From Phyllobates terribilis (lineage: Eukaryota): DNA of 64,000 nucleotides. The stretch spans positions 857,832,001 to 857,896,000 of the forward strand of contig NW_027362762.1 in assembly GCF_046119375.1 (NCBI RefSeq). Reading direction: 5' to 3'. Numbering within the stretch: the first letter of the stretch is position 1; each line of letters starts with the position of its first letter. The notes under the pieces were generated by a model. That model worked only from the letters and a program-made list of their open reading frames with translations, was not told the origin of the DNA and made no database searches. The position numbers and the translations under genes were made by a program. Positions 11,372 through 25,239 of this stretch are shown piece by piece.

Positions 11372-14288
11372 TTAAGGTTTACTTCTTCCAAACCCGATAA
11401 TATAGCGCAATTTTTGGACATAAATTTGGAAGGTGACTTCTGCTTAAACAAAATGCATACATCAATGTATCGTAAACTTATACATGGCAATACAATATTA
11501 CAGGCTAACAGTTGTCACCCAACACATACCATAAAAGCTACTCCTTATGTTGAATTTTTACTAGCGAAAACAATTTGTTCAGACCAATACAGTTTAAAAA
11601 AAAAAATAGATTAATACATAGAGGGTATAACCCAAATGATATAAATAAATCATATGAAAAAGTAATAAAAAAACACGAACTGAACTTTTATTAAGAAAAA
11701 TAATAACAATAATTCCCAAGATAATACCCATTTACTCACATTCAGCATTCTATATAGTTCCCAATTTAACAAAATAGAACAGATCATTTCTAGATACCGA
11801 TCGATGTCACTTAACAAAATTGTAAAAAATAGATGCAGAATGGTAGCAAAAAAAGGCTTATATTTAGGAAATATGTTATCACCCTGATTATATACTGAAT
11901 AAAGTAAAGACAAAACAACATGGTTATCACAAAAAGTCTTTTTTAATTGTGGGGGAAAAATTTTTAATATATGCCAATATATGAAAAAGCAAAAAAATAG
12001 TGACCTTACCACAAAATAAGGAAAGTAAAATTAATTAATTCATAAACTGTAATGCACATCATATAATATATTGTATAACGTGTACCATATGCAATATAAA
12101 TTATACTGTATGCACAGCAAGAAAGTTTAATAACCACTTCGCACCAGAGCCTGTTTTTGCCTTCGTGACCGGGCCAATTTTTTCAATTCTGACCACTGTC
12201 ACTTTATGAAGTAATTACTCTGGAACGCTTCAACGGATTCCCCTGATTCTGAGATTGTTTTTTCGTGACATATTGTACTTCATGATAGTGGTAAAATTTC
12301 TTTGATATCACTTGCGTTTATTTGTGAAAAAATCGGAAATTTGGCAAAAATTTAGAAAATTTTGCAATTTTCAAACTTTGAATTTTCATGCCCTTAAATC
12401 AGAGAGATATGTCACACAAAATAGTTAATAAATAACATTTCCCACATGTCTACTTTACATCAGCACAATTTTAGAACCAACATTTTTTTTGTTAGGGAGC
12501 TATAAGGGTTAAAAGTTGACCAGCGATTTCTCATTTTTCCAACAAAATTTACAAAAACATTTTTTTAGGGACCACATCATATTTGAAGTCACTTTGAGGG
12601 GTCTTTATGACAGAAAATACCCAAAAGTGACACCATTCTAAAAACTGCACCCCTCAAGGTGCTCAAAACCACATTCAAGAACTTTATTAACCCTTCAGGT
12701 GCTTCACAGGAATTTTTGGAATGTGGAAGAAAAAAATTAACATTTAACTTTTTTCACAAAAATGTTACTTTAGACCCAATTTTTTTTATTTTCACAGGGG
12801 TAACAGGAAAAAATGGACCCCAAAATTTTTTGTGCAATTTCTCTTGAGCGCGCTGATACCCCATATGTGATGGAAAACCACTGTTTGGGCGCACTGCAGG
12901 GTTCGGAAGGGAAGGAGCGCCATTAGACTTTTTGAATGTAAAATTTGTCTGAATAATTAGCAGACGCCATGTTGCGTTTGGAGAGCCCCTGATGTTCCTA
13001 AACAGTGGAAACCCCCCAGAAGTGACACCATTTTGGAAACTAGACCCCTTAGGGAACATATCTAGATGTGTGGTGAGCACCTTGAACCCCAAGGTGCTTC
13101 ACAGCAGTTTATAATATTGAGCTGTAAAAATAAAATTTTCACATTTTTCCCACAAAAACGTTTTTCATCCCTTAATTTTGCATTATCATAAGGGTAATAG
13201 GATAAATTGCACCATGAAATTTGTTGTGCAATTTCTCCTGAACACGCCGATACCCCATATGTGGAGGCAAACCACTGTTTGGGTGCACGGCAGGGTTTGA
13301 AAGGGAAGGAGTGCCATTTGACTTTTTGAATGTAAAATTTGTTTGAATAATTAGTGGACACCATGTTGCATTTGGGGAGCCCCTGATGTGCCTAAACAGT
13401 GGAAACCCCCCACAAGTGACAACATTTTGGAAACTAGACCCCTTAGGGAACTTATCTAGATGTGTGGTGAGCACCTTGCACCCCCAGCTGCTTCACAGAA
13501 GTTTATAATATTGAGCCATAAAAATAAAATTTTCACATTTTTCCCACAAAAAATGTTTTTCATTCCCTAATTTTGCATTATCATAAGGGTAACAGGATAA
13601 ATTGCACCATGAAATTTGTTGTACAATTTCTCCTGATACCCCATATGTGGGGGAAAACCACTGCTTTGGTGTACGGCAGGGTTCGGAAGAGAAAGGAGCG
13701 CTATGTTGGCTGGGATAGGCAGCAGACACCATGTCACATTTGAAGAGTCGCTGACATGCCGAAACAGCAGAAACCCCCACAAGTGACCCCATTTTGTAAA
13801 CTATACCTCTCAAGGAATTCATCTAGGGAAGTAGTGAGTATTTTTTAATTTCTAAATTTATACCATTGGGCAGTGAAAAAAGCATAATTATATTTTTACC
13901 ACAAAAAAATGTTTTACCCTCAGATTTTACATTTTCACACAGGGCAATGGGTAAAAATGGTGCCGAAATGTGTCACACAATTTCTTCTAAAAGTGTCAAT
14001 ACCCCATATGTGGCTGTATCGTACCACTCAGCCATACGGCGAGATCTGGGGGGGACGGAGCGCTATTTGACAATTGGAGAACAAATTATTGTAGAATAGG
14101 CATTTGGATTTGGGAGCACAACATTTTCTGAATTTCTTTTGGGGGGCAAGGGCCATTTTGCTTTTCCAGAGCCTTTCTGCTACCAGTAACTTGGAAGTCC
14201 CTTATATTTTTAACAGATGAGGGACCTGAGTGGGGACTAGCTTTTTTTGAGGACTGAGTTGAAGCTTTTATTGGGAACATTTTACGTA

Positions 14289-14673
14289 ACATTTATCCGG
14301 CGCTCTAGGCTGAGCACTTACATCGGGGTTTCCATCTAAATTTCCAAGTGATGTAATTCAGATGAAACCCCTGCGGGATCCATTCACTGTAATGAGGTAG
14401 CAGAGTTACTCTGGACTCCATCTGGCCTCTGTTTAGCGGTGTCCTTTTTTTCAGAAGTGCACAAAACTGTGGCCAACCGCACTTTTATGCACGCCTAAAA
14501 TAAATGACACCGTGGGATCACAGGCCAGACGGCATCCACAGTGGCCTATATCTGCCTCATTACAGGGAATCTTCCGTCATGGGTTCCGGCTGAATCACAT
14601 ATTTCAGAGATTTACACGGAAACTCTGGCATAAGTGCTCAGCGCAGAGCGCAGGATAAATGTGTGCCGAGCCA
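14289..14673. mobile_element. MITE nested in the piggyBac-like element
   Basis: acatttatccggcgctctaggctgagcactta is inverted relative to taagtgctcagcgcagagcgcaggataaatgt. Confidence 0.75.
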
Positions 14674-14858
14674 TACTGCGATCTTTGGGAGACATAATAA
14701 ACAAATCAGTAGCAGGTGAAGAATTGGTTTTATTTATTTTTTTACGCCGTTCCTAGTGTGATATAACTGATTAGATTACTTTATTCTTCGGGTCGGTGCG
14801 ATTACAGAGATACCAGATTTATATCGGGCTTTTATGACTGACAGCTGTCATAGACTAA

Positions 14859-15246
14859 GGCTATGTGCCCACGTTGCATTTATGAAGCAGAAAATTTCTG
14901 CTGCATAAATGCAAGTCCTCTCCCGGAAAAACGCATGCGGAATTCCGCACGCGTTTATCGCGCTTTTTTCGTGCGTTTATCACGCGTTTTCCACATGCGG
15001 AATTGCCTTGCGTTTTTTATGCATTGGACAAAGGCAATTCCGCTTGCGGAAACGCAAAATTAAATGACATGCTGCGGATTTTTGAACGCGGCATAAACGC
15101 TGCGGAAAAATCCGCAGCATGTGCATAGAAGTTGCGGAAACCCATTGGGGATCATGGGGTGCGGGTTACCAAGCATTTTACAAGCGTTTCCGCTGCGGAA
15201 ATTCCGCATCAAAAACGCTTGTAAAACGCTACGTGGGCACACAGCT
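14859..15246. mobile_element. Harbinger-like MITE, family A, short deletion derivative
   Basis: TIRs ggctatgtgcccac / gtgggcacacagct; the empty site is visible in the sister element near 56131. Confidence 0.8.
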
Positions 15247-18200
15247 TTTGAGACGCTTTTTTTTTGCAAAATCTAGTTTTTGCATCGCCATATTTTGAGA
15301 GCTATAATTTTTCCATATTTCAGCCGACAGAGTCATGTGACGGCTTGTTTTTTGCGGGACGAGTTGACATTTTTATTGGTACCATTTTTGGGTACAGGAC
15401 ATTTTTTGATCGCTTTCTATTCCGTTTTTTGGGAGGTAAAATTAACAAAAACCAACAATTCAGGAATTGTTTTTTGAGGGTTTTTTTTATGCCGTTCTGC
15501 GTGTGGTAAAAGTGATCAGGCAGCATTATTCTTCGGGTCAGTATGTTTACAGCGATACTACACTTACTGTATATTTTTTTATGTTTTGACGCTTTTACAC
15601 AATAAAACAATTTTATATAAAAAATATTTTTTTTGCATTGCTTTATTCTGAGCGCTATAACTTTTTTATTTTTCGGCTGATTGAGCTGTATGGCGGCTTT
15701 TTTTTTGCGGAACAAGATGACATTTTCAGCAGTACCATTTTTATTTCCATTTTGCTTTTTGATCGCATTTTTTTCCACTTTTTGTTTGGCGATATGAGGA
15801 AAAAGCATAGTTTTTGCTCCGTTTTTTAATTTATTTTTATTACGGTGTGCACAGAAGGAGTTAATTAGTGTGACAGTTTTATAGCTCGGGTTGTTTCGGA
15901 CGCGGCAATACCAAATATGTGTACTTTTTTTATTTTTGCATAAATATACGGATTTATCGGTGTAATATTTTATTTATTTATTTTAATTTATTTTGTATTT
16001 TTTTTTTTTAACAGTTTCAAAACAGCTTTTTTTTACTTTTTTTTACATTTTTACTTAGTCCCTGTATGGGACATTAATTTTTATTTTTCTGATCCCTGAT
16101 CTCATGTAATGTAATAGACATATATTACATTACATGAGATCTTTACTGACTGTTTCACAGTCAGAGTCTCCTGCTGGCTTCAGCTGCAGGCTGAGCCAGG
16201 CAGGACACCATATATGGCAGAGCTGGAGGCGGTCATGTGACCTCCAACTGCCATAGCAACCCAAGGTTCTGGAAGGTATCAGGGGTCGTCGGAGAGGTAA
16301 GTGGACGACCCCCTCTCCTCCTGCTGTCTTCTATATGCCGCGATCACTATAGATCGCGGCATATAGAAGACAGCAAAGGGTTAACATCACTGGGACCTGA
16401 TCCAATCAGGTCCCGATGATGTTCCCTGTCAGAGCTATCGCTCTGCACCGCTCCTGTAGCGCTTGCCGGACCCTGGGGGTCCTGAGCGCTGCGGGACCAC
16501 CCACCGTTTTTAAACGTCCGCGCTGCACAGAGCCCAGGCAGCGCGGACGTTTATCTACAGTGGGCGGTCAGGAAGCTGTTAAGAAGCGTAGATCAGAACA
16601 CATTTACAATATTAACAAGAGTAACGGCACATATTCTGGAGCAACAAAGCACTTTGTCGAGGTACACAATAATAGTTTATCTAATTTTGCATGCCACGGG
16701 ATTGAAAAGGTTACGTTTCCCAAACGAGGAGGTAATGGGCGGAAAAAATTGCTTTTAAGAGAAATTTACTGTATTTTATTGATGAACACAAAACAGCCAA
16801 ATGGTATGAACGATAGAAAGGATACTATATATTTATATTGAAATATTATTTACAAATTTGTCTAACAATTGTGATGTACGGTTAGAAACATTATTAACTT
16901 CTGTTTTTGAAGTTTGCATCTTATTTTTGCACAACATATGGGATTGGCTGTCATGATTTTAAATAGTCTATTCAGTATACTGACGTAATCTCTATGACTA
17001 AGGGCCGTATTTGTGCCGAAAATGTGTAGAGATGAGAGTTTACATAGCAAGAAAGAACTTTTAATGAGGTTGGAATAAAGAAGTGATTTAATACGTACAA
17101 GTAGATGATCTGCTACATTTTTCAAATTCTGCCCATGCTTCTGTTGGTCAGCTGTGAAATCAGCAACCACATCGATATATGACGGAGTCATCTATATACA
17201 CGTGGTGTGTTCAGGAACTTCGTCTAATGTTTCACTATATTCATAGTTTACTGATATTTGGGGATCCGACCATTTAGACCCCAGTGATTCCAAGAATGAG
17301 GCTCTGCATCAATAAAGAAAAGGCCGTACTCGGCCCCTGGCATTAGAGGGAGGCCTGCATGACAGGGATAATGCAGGAGTACAGGGAGAAGTTGATTTGG
17401 GGAGTCAGCGGTTAAACTGGGTTAGAGGTGGGGATCACTGATAGGGGGTGGTGTAGGGTTTATAAGGGATGGCCATTTGCCATGAGGTAGCCATTTTAGG
17501 TGAACACCAAGCCCTCGGGACAATCTGTAGCCATGGATGTAATTGACACCATGCTATAGCAACTTAGACGTGCTGCCGGTCTGCATGGTGCTGAGTGGCT
17601 GCAGGCCTCAGTACAGAGCTAGGTGGTGCTGGGGCCCAACTGAGTCATCCGCCCCAAGCAGGATGCCGGCCGCAGAGGACTAGGCCTCCGGCGCACCTAA
17701 GTCCGGACTTGACCCCTTGAGTTCGGTGCCGTATCAGGAGTCCCTCTCGGGACCCTCTGGTCATGATCTCGGGCCCCAGCTCCAGGGCCCGGCGGTCCTG
17801 TGCCGAGAGGAATCCTACCACCCGGTGGGACTCGCATCAGGGTGAGGTGTCGGCCTCCCCTCCAACCTTTACCTCATCTGCGGTTGCCGGAGCTGGAGCA
17901 GCAGATCCCCCTGCCGGTCAGGGACCCGCTCAGCGCACGGATGCCAGGAGAGCCAGAGGACGGGGACCTAACCAAGAGGCCCCTCTGTGGGATATCCACA
18001 CTGGGCGGCAGTCAGCTTTCCCCGCCCACATCGCGGCGGTGAGGGCCGCAAGTCACGAGAGGCCCTCTGCTCACAGGCAGCAGGGAGCTGGCCCCGCCCC
18101 CAACGTGATATTAACAACAGAAAGTACGGAGATGGATTAACTCCACGGGCAGCCGTCAGCTGGCCCAGCCCACAACTCGGCCATTATAAGGCCTGCTTCA

Positions 18201-18454
18201 TACCCCCCCCCCAAGCCATCAGGTGGCTGCTCCTTCCCCCAGCACAGTTATAACGACTGTTAACCATATGAGTCCTGCCTTCCCCCTCAACCAGCAGAGG
18301 GCCACTGGGGGGTAGCCTGTCATTTGACGGAGAGCAAGGTCCTGGGGTCATTTGACGGACGGCAAGGTCTATGGCGCCTAGTAGAATGGGTCAGGGCAGT
18401 CAGTCGTTTCCAGGGAGCGCCGGGGTCTTGGGCAGTCGGGGGACTCGGTGGCCA

Positions 18455-18570
18455 TGCAGAACGGACTGTGTTTCCTCTGCAATGAGGAGGCTTGCAAATT
18501 CGGGAGCAAATGTAAATTCAAACATGATTGTTCCGCCTGCGGCAGCAGCCACAGTGCGTTGAAATGTTTC
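18455..18570 (+). pseudogene. Ngaro Gag zinc finger
   Basis: Translates LCFLCNEEACKFGSKCKFKHDCSACGSSHSALKCF. Confidence 0.75.
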
Positions 18571-18609
18571 AAAGGAGGTAAACAGTGAGGGGGAGAGGGT
18601 AGTGAAAAA

Positions 18610-19900
18610 AGGGGAGACTCTGATGCATTTAGCAGAGATGGCCCCCTTTCTAAATAGGTATCCTGATAGAGCGGCTGCTTTGTTACTCAGGGAAGGTTTT
18701 GATATTGGTTTTAAGATACCGTTAATTTAAAATAAGGTTGGCCTAGCCACAAAAAATTCGGCAATTCAGTTCCCCGAGATTGTTGATGAAAAATGAAAAA
18801 AGGAGGTAGAATTGGTAGGATAGCAGGGCCTTTTGATTACCCCCCCCCCCCATAGGGCTTCCCGGTGAACGACGGTATCGACCCGGAGTTATGTTCAGTG
18901 CTTGACACGTCGTTTCATGCAGCCATTAAATGGGTATGGTTTTTTGAAAAAGGCGCATTACTAGCAAAAACGGATATCAAAGCAGCTTTCAGGTTGCTAC
19001 CGGTTCATCCAGATAGCATACATTTGTTGGGATGTTTTTGGAACGCAGGTTTTTTTGTGGACTGCTGCCTCCCTATGGGCTGTTTGTTGTCTTGCGCATA
19101 TTTCGAGACATTTAGCACTTTTTTGGAATGGGTGGTTAAGGATGTTTCAGGCTTAAATTCTTGCATCCATTATTTGGATGATTTTTTGTATGTCGGCCCA
19201 GCGGTTTCAAACGTTTGTTCTATGTTGTTGCACACGATAGAGAGTGTAGCTATGAAATTTGGGGTTCCATTGGTGGCAGAAAAAAACATGGGCCCTGTGA
19301 CATCCCTTAGTTTTCTTGGGATTCTGATTGATACAGAGGAGATGGAGTGCAGGCTACTGGCAGAAAAATTGTTGATCTGATGGGAGGCGTGTCCAGGGCT
19401 TGGAGGTTACAAAAAATTACCTGGATGGAATTGAAATCCCTCCTGGGTAAGCTGAACTTTGCGTGCAGTATTATGCCAATAGGCAGGGCTTTTTGCAGAC
19501 GGCTATCATTAGCGACAGCAGATGTAAAGGCCCCACCATCATTTTGTCAGGTTATATAAGGAATTGCATGATGATCTGGGGGTCTGGGCAGATTTTTTAC
19601 AAGCATATAACGGCAGATCTCTCTGGATCGAACCAGTGGTGAATGCCAGTGATTTAGAGCTGTTCATTGATGTAGCGGGCCAACAAGGTTTCGGTATCTA
19701 TTTTCAAGGTAGCTGGTTGGCCGAAAAATGGCCTACGGATTGGATAATACAGAGTTTTCTAAGTAATTTGGTGTAAATCAATTTATTCCCTATTGTGGTA
19801 GCATTGGTAGTTTTGGGTGAGAGCATTCGCAATAAAAAGATCCGTTTTCATTAACAGTTAACTCATTATCAGCCTCATCCCCACCCGTGGTGAAGGTGCT
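18610..19900 (+). pseudogene. Ngaro RT / RNase H (frameshifted)
   Basis: KTDIKAAFRLLPVHP, LPMG, HYLDDF; RNase H LFIDVAGQQGFG. Confidence 0.9.
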
Positions 19901-20079
19901 ACAAAGGCTGGTGTTACTACTGTAGGTTTATCGCTGAACATATGGGTGGTGGCGGAATTCAAACCAGGTTACAAAAATCTTATTGCCGATTGTATTTCTC
20001 ATTCACAGTGGGAACGCTTTTGGAGCTTGGTGCCTCAGGCGAAAACAGAAGGCTTGAATTGCCCTTCAGAATTGTGGAA

Positions 20080-20950
20080 TCTTCCCTTCGGTCAGTAAGG
20101 GATTTGATTTCTTTGTCCTTGGCGGACAGAACTTGGTCGTCTTACGAGCGCGCCTGGAAATTGTGAAAGGAGTGGAAATTATCTTTAGGCCCTCTAGTTA
20201 AGGAAGAAAGTTTGTTACTACTATTGGTAGGCCCTTGTTGGGAAAAAGGGTTGTCAGTTTCTTAGATTAACAGTTTTATGGCAGGGTTAGCCTTCGGATT
20301 TAAAGCACAGGGGCTTCGGGACGAAACAAAAACATTTTTAGTCCTTCAATTGCTGAAAGGGTGGCAAAAAGGTTTGAAGGTGAGAGATTGGAGGCGGCCG
20401 GTATTGTACGAACTATTATTGTTAGTAGGTAGTGGTTTGGTTTTGGTCTGTAAGTCGTCATGGGAAATTGGCTTGTTCAAATTGGCATTTTCTTTAGCTT
20501 TTTTCGGAGCCTTAAGATTAGGAGAATCAGTCAGCCCGTGTAGAGTTAAAAAGGGAGGTCTCTTGAGAGAGGATGTGGATCTATATAGGGACAGGATCGA
20601 GGTATTTATTTGGTCTTCAAAAACTGATCAGACAAGAAAAGGTTGCAAAATCGTGCTCTTTGCGGTGGCGGGGTCCAAAATGTATCCAGTGCGATGGCTT
20701 AGGGAGTTCACAATTCCCCATGGTTGGTACACGAAGACGGTTCATTCTTAACCTGTTTTCAGTTTTTAGCATTTTTTCAACACTTCTTGGTTTTAGGAGG
20801 GATTTCGGCAAAAATTATAGTGGTCATTCCTTCAGGATTAGGGCCGCCACGGTGGTAGCCAGAAGGGGTTTAGGTGATGAGCTAGTAAAAAGAATTGGTC
20901 GGTGGAAATCTGCAAGGTTTAGGTCCTACATCCGCCCGGCATGGTTGTAA
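20080..20950 (+). pseudogene. Tyrosine recombinase (frameshifted)
   Basis: AFFGALRLGE, SKTDQ, HSFRIRAAT...GRWKSARFRSYIRP. Confidence 0.9.
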
Positions 20951-21019
20951 TTGGGTGTTTGTTTTTTCGGTTCTTAACGTACTGTGTTATATCGTTTTAT
21001 TTCAGCAGACGGGAGTCAA

Positions 21020-21560
21020 CTGCTGGTGTGGATTATGGGCCACTCATTCGTTTTTGTGGGTAGCTTTAAAGGCAGCGGTGCAGCTGGCCGGGTGACAAAT
21101 GGGATTCTCGAGGGGGCATGGCGTGGAGTCAGCTCCTCACGGAGTTCCATCAGTTTGTCAGGCTCAACCGGGCACCAGAGATACTAGTACTGCATTTGGG
21201 GGGTAACGACTTAGGTAAGAGACCGTGTAGTGAGTTAATTAAGGACATCAAATTTGATATGCTGAGGCTCTGGGCAATGTTCCCTAAAGTTCTAACAATT
21301 TGGTCCAATATAGTTCCTCGGAAGTATTGGCGCGGAGCTCGCTCTAAAGAAGGAATGAATAAAGCGAGAATCAAAGTAAATAGAGCAGTGACTCGCTTTA
21401 CGGTGAGGAATGGGGCGATAGCGGTCCGGCACATGGAGTTGGAGTCAAGCGAAGGCGAGTTTTGGCGTTCAGATGGTATCCATTTAAACGCAGTGGCCAT
21501 TGACATGTGGTGCCTGGCAATACAGAAAGGTATTGAAAAGGGATTGAAGGTTGCACAAAA
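21020..21560 (+). pseudogene. SGNH/GDSL hydrolase ORF of the Ngaro element
   Basis: WIMGHS (block I), LHLGGND (block III), SDGIHL (block V); frameshift between blocks I and III. Confidence 0.85.
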
Positions 21561-23004
21561 TTTGTGTTTATGGCATGGGGGAGGTCCTCAAAGTCGGTGT
21601 TTATGGTTAATGGCAGTGTGGCGGAAGGGGGGGGGGAGCGGAAGGCTCTGGAACCCCTTAGGTGATATTAAGGTGACGGGTGTTAACCACGGGCCCTCCA
21701 ATCCCTTCCCCGGGATTTATGTTTTCAAGTTTATTAGCCAGCTTGTTTACTTGGTGCCTCCGAGCTGGTGCATAACAGCTGGAGGTAAGATGCGAGCTGA
21801 GCTTAGTTGGTCAAAAAAATCCAGACCTGGGTTTTTGGTTTAATTATGGGGCTTCAAGGACCATTTCTCGGGAAGGATGTTATAATTGTTAATTGTATTT
21901 TGTTAATAAAAGGCTGCTGTGGCCATTTAAATCCAACCTTCAGATGTTGCGTGGTTATTGGCCTAATGTAACAGGGTGTTGGGTTGGGTTAGGTTGAGGC
22001 TAACACGACTTGCATATGCCCGTTGTCATGCCGGTTTATTCTTTTCTTCAACATCCGCTAGAATAGGCAGATATAGAGGAGATACAATTGTTATTTTGTG
22101 GTTAAGAGATAAATGTGTGGTATGTGGGATTTTTAGCAAACACGGAGCAAGATCAAAGAAAGAGAAATAATTAAAATGTATTCATTGCTAAGCGAAGTAT
22201 AAGACCAAGAGCAAACAATATAATCTCGGGAAATAAGTTGGGTGTTGCACTATTACTAAGCTAAAGAAAAAAACTGCGAAACTACTAACTGGAAGAAACA
22301 GAAGCAATGTTGGTTACATGCAGCCAGTCAGTCTATGAGACAGATGTGATTTTTTTTATATCAGGTATTACAATGTCTAATAAGGGATGTAGAACTCAAG
22401 CGTTCTACTATAGAGAAACTAGGCTGGACACAGCACCAGAACTTGATGAGTTTTCTCTGTACAGGATGTTTTGGTGCCACATTTTCCTCAAGCAAGTGGA
22501 TATCAGGTATCATATGACACCCTCTGAGCTCATATGGCAGTAATTGGTAACGTGGGTAAATATCCATTAATAATTCACCATGATCATACAGGAGTCCAGG
22601 GACAATACCATTAGTGCAATAAATGTGATACAATCACACAAACTCAAAAACTTTTTTTACAGAGTCCTATGGCTCTTTTCTAAGGTAACATGACGTAATC
22701 TACGATTGGACACTACAACGCTCTTGTGGATTTTGACCCTGCTCTCTCCCCCAACTGCAAGTTGTCACTGATGGGACAAGTCAAGGGTGTTCTGTTTCTT
22801 TAATGATATTTTTTCAGCCAACCCACATATAATAGGGATTAAGATCGTAAAGGAAATCATAAACCTGTCACTGTGGGTGATTTATTGTTTTGTTTTTTTA
22901 CAAATCCAGTGGTGATTTGCTGGCAGAATTTAAGCATTTTTATTTTTTTTATATGAAGAAAAGTAATGGGATACACAATAATAACTGAATTCAGCGTTTC
23001 ATTT

Positions 23005-25136
23005 AGTCCCATTGCCACAGGTGTATGAAATCTTTACAAACATTTGTGAAAGAATGGCTCATTCTAGAGATCTGACTGATACCAGGGTGGTCCTGTAATA
23101 AGGACAAATTAGTCAGTTCATGAAATTTCTTCACTCCTAACAATTTGGGGAAGGCCCTTTTCTGTTCCAGCATGATTGTGCCACTAGTACACAAATCAAG
23201 GTCCATCCAGGCATGATTGAGTGAGATTGGCGCGAAACCACTGGACCTCAACCCAATCCAAGACCTTTGGTTGGAAGTAGAGCAGAAATGATGATCTAGG
23301 CCATCTCATACAACATCGGTATCTTACCTCATAAATGCTCCTCTGGATGAAGGAGCAAAAATTCTCACAGACAGTGATCAACTGATAGTGATATTATTGA
23401 AAAGTGGAATTGTTTAGGAACCACAGCAACTCAGCCAACTCAGCCATGTAACATTACAGAGCGGGATCACCTAGAGCATAGTACATAAAAGTCGCCTACG
23501 CTCTGCTAACTTCATCAGTGCAAACCTCCTAGGGAATTAACATCAGAAAAAAACTTTATCCTGGGAACTTCCTTGTTTTCCATGACAGAGCACTTACATC
23601 GTCAAGCATAATGCCAACTTTCAGATGAACTGGTGCAAAGCACACTGCGACTGGACTCATTGGGAATGCTTTCTGTGGAGTGGTGAATCATGCTTCTCCA
23701 TTTGGCAGTCTGATCAGAGATTCTGGGTTTGGTGAATGCCCGGAAAACTATCTGCCTGATAGCATTGTGCCAACGGTAAAGTTTAGTGGTGGAAGAATAA
23801 TGTTATGAAGTGTTTTTCAGTGTTGGCCTAGGCCCCTTAGTTTCAGGGAAGGGACATCTTAATACTTCAGCATACCAAGATATTTTGGACAATTGTAGCT
23901 TACAGCTTTGTGATAAAAGTTTGTGTGGAAACCGTCTTTGCGTTCCAGCATGGCTGTGCCTCAGTGCATAAAGAGAGCACCATAAGGCTATGTGCCCACT
24001 ATGCAGAAATGAAGCAGAAAATTTCTGCAGCATTTCTGCATCTCCCTGGCAGAAAAAACGCATGCAGATTGTGCATGCGTTTTTCCTGCAGAATACATGC
24101 GGATTCACATGCGTTTCCGCATGCAGATTGACAAGCGCTTTCCAGGCGATTAGCATCACTTGGAAAGTGCTTGACAACTAGGTCACACTATATAAATCCA
24201 TGCAAACATGCAAACGTAAAAATAAAAAAAATAAAGCTATACTCACCCCCGATTCCCCGGCGTGTGCTGCAGCGCTCCTTCCTGTCTGGTTCCCGGCTGC
24301 CGGCATATCGCGAGACACAGCGGTGAAGGGCCTGCGGTCACATGACTGTGACGTCACCGAAGGTCCTTCAGCGCTGCCGGCATGCAGAGAGAGCCGTCGG
24401 AGAGGTGAATATAACTTTATTTATTATTTTATTCTTTTTTTTTACAGGTACAATGGTACCCAGCTCTGGATGAGAGTCTTCTCTCCTCCAGAACTGGGTA
24501 CCATCCGCACATAGAGACGCATAGAATCCGCTTGTACAAATGTACAGACACGCATTCTATACGTATCAATGCAAGTCAATGGCGGCGCTTCCACTGCGCT
24601 TCCGCAAAATTAATGAACATGCTGCGGATTTATGAGCGCTGCAGAAACGCTGGGGAAAAATCCGCAGCATGTGCATTGACATTGCGGAATGCCATTGGGG
24701 ACCATGGGGTGCGGATTACCATGCGTTTTTGATGCGTTTCCGCTGTGGAAATTCCGCAGCATAAACGCATGAAAAACGCATCGTGTGCACGCAGCCTAAA
24801 GACATGGCTGTGTGATTTTGGTTTGGAAGAACTTGACTGACCACACAAAGCCCTGACCTCAACCTTATCCAACACCCTTGGGATAAACTAGAACAGAGAT
24901 TAAAAGCCAGGCCGTCTCATCCAGGACCATTGTCTGACCCCACAAATGCTCTTCTAGATGAATGGACAAAAATTCCTATAGACCATCTCCAAAATCTCAT
25001 AGAAGCCTTCCCAAGCGGGTGAATGCTGTTATTGCTGCAAAGGGACTGACTCCATATTGTCTTTGGATTTAGATTGTTATAACAGCTCCTGTAAGTGTAA
25101 TGTGTAGGTGTCCCATTACTTTTGTTCACATAGTGT
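23005..25136 (+). mobile_element. Degenerate Tc1-like element interrupted by a MITE
   Basis: Decayed transposase (PTVKF.GG, FQHG, PDLNLIQH); right TIR gtgtcccattacttttgttcacatagtg|TA. Confidence 0.7.
23986..24796. mobile_element. Harbinger-like MITE, family A, copy 4
   Basis: TIRs ggctatgtgcccac / gtgtgcacgcagcc; TAA TSD on both sides. Confidence 0.85.
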
Positions 25137-25239
25137 ACAGGTATATCAAGTAAGGAAAACCTGACAATATTTATGGAGAAAAGGTTTCACTCTCACTCAA
25201 GCTCAAGTATTGAGTCCCCTGTCATCTCTGCTGAGGACA

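Larger units (their letters stand above)
12131..16578. mobile_element. piggyBac-like non-autonomous element, copy 1, with ~394-bp internal tandem units
   Basis: TTAA at 12127-12130 and 16579-16582 within the PLE GIY-YIG region; homologous to 52643-57479; units at ~12617, 13010, 13404 and 13772. Confidence 0.8.
10750..17300 (+). mobile_element. Penelope-like element 1 (Neptune type), 5'-truncated and split by two insertions
   Basis: YVDDILIVW...NDSNL|RFT across the MITE; thumb YRK...SCHP; GIY-YIG INCN..IIYCITC..C...Y..CTARKFK continues after the 12131-16578 insertion as KRRSEHI...HF..H...GIE. Confidence 0.85.
17340..21990 (+). mobile_element. Ngaro/DIRS-type tyrosine-recombinase retrotransposon (degenerate)
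   Basis: Domain order Gag Zn-finger, RT, RNase H, YR, SGNH hydrolase; terminal repeats not resolved, so boundaries are approximate. Confidence 0.85.

Noticed and set aside
17340-17500. Split direct repeats expected at Ngaro termini
   Set aside because: I could not find matching repeats by eye, so the element ends are left approximate.
22365-22506. Possible exon (acceptor ttttatatcag, donor cag|gtatca)
   Set aside because: Two frames are open, it does not splice in frame to the 28380 candidate, and the same 11-mer atatcaggtat lies at both ends, so the signals are ambiguous.
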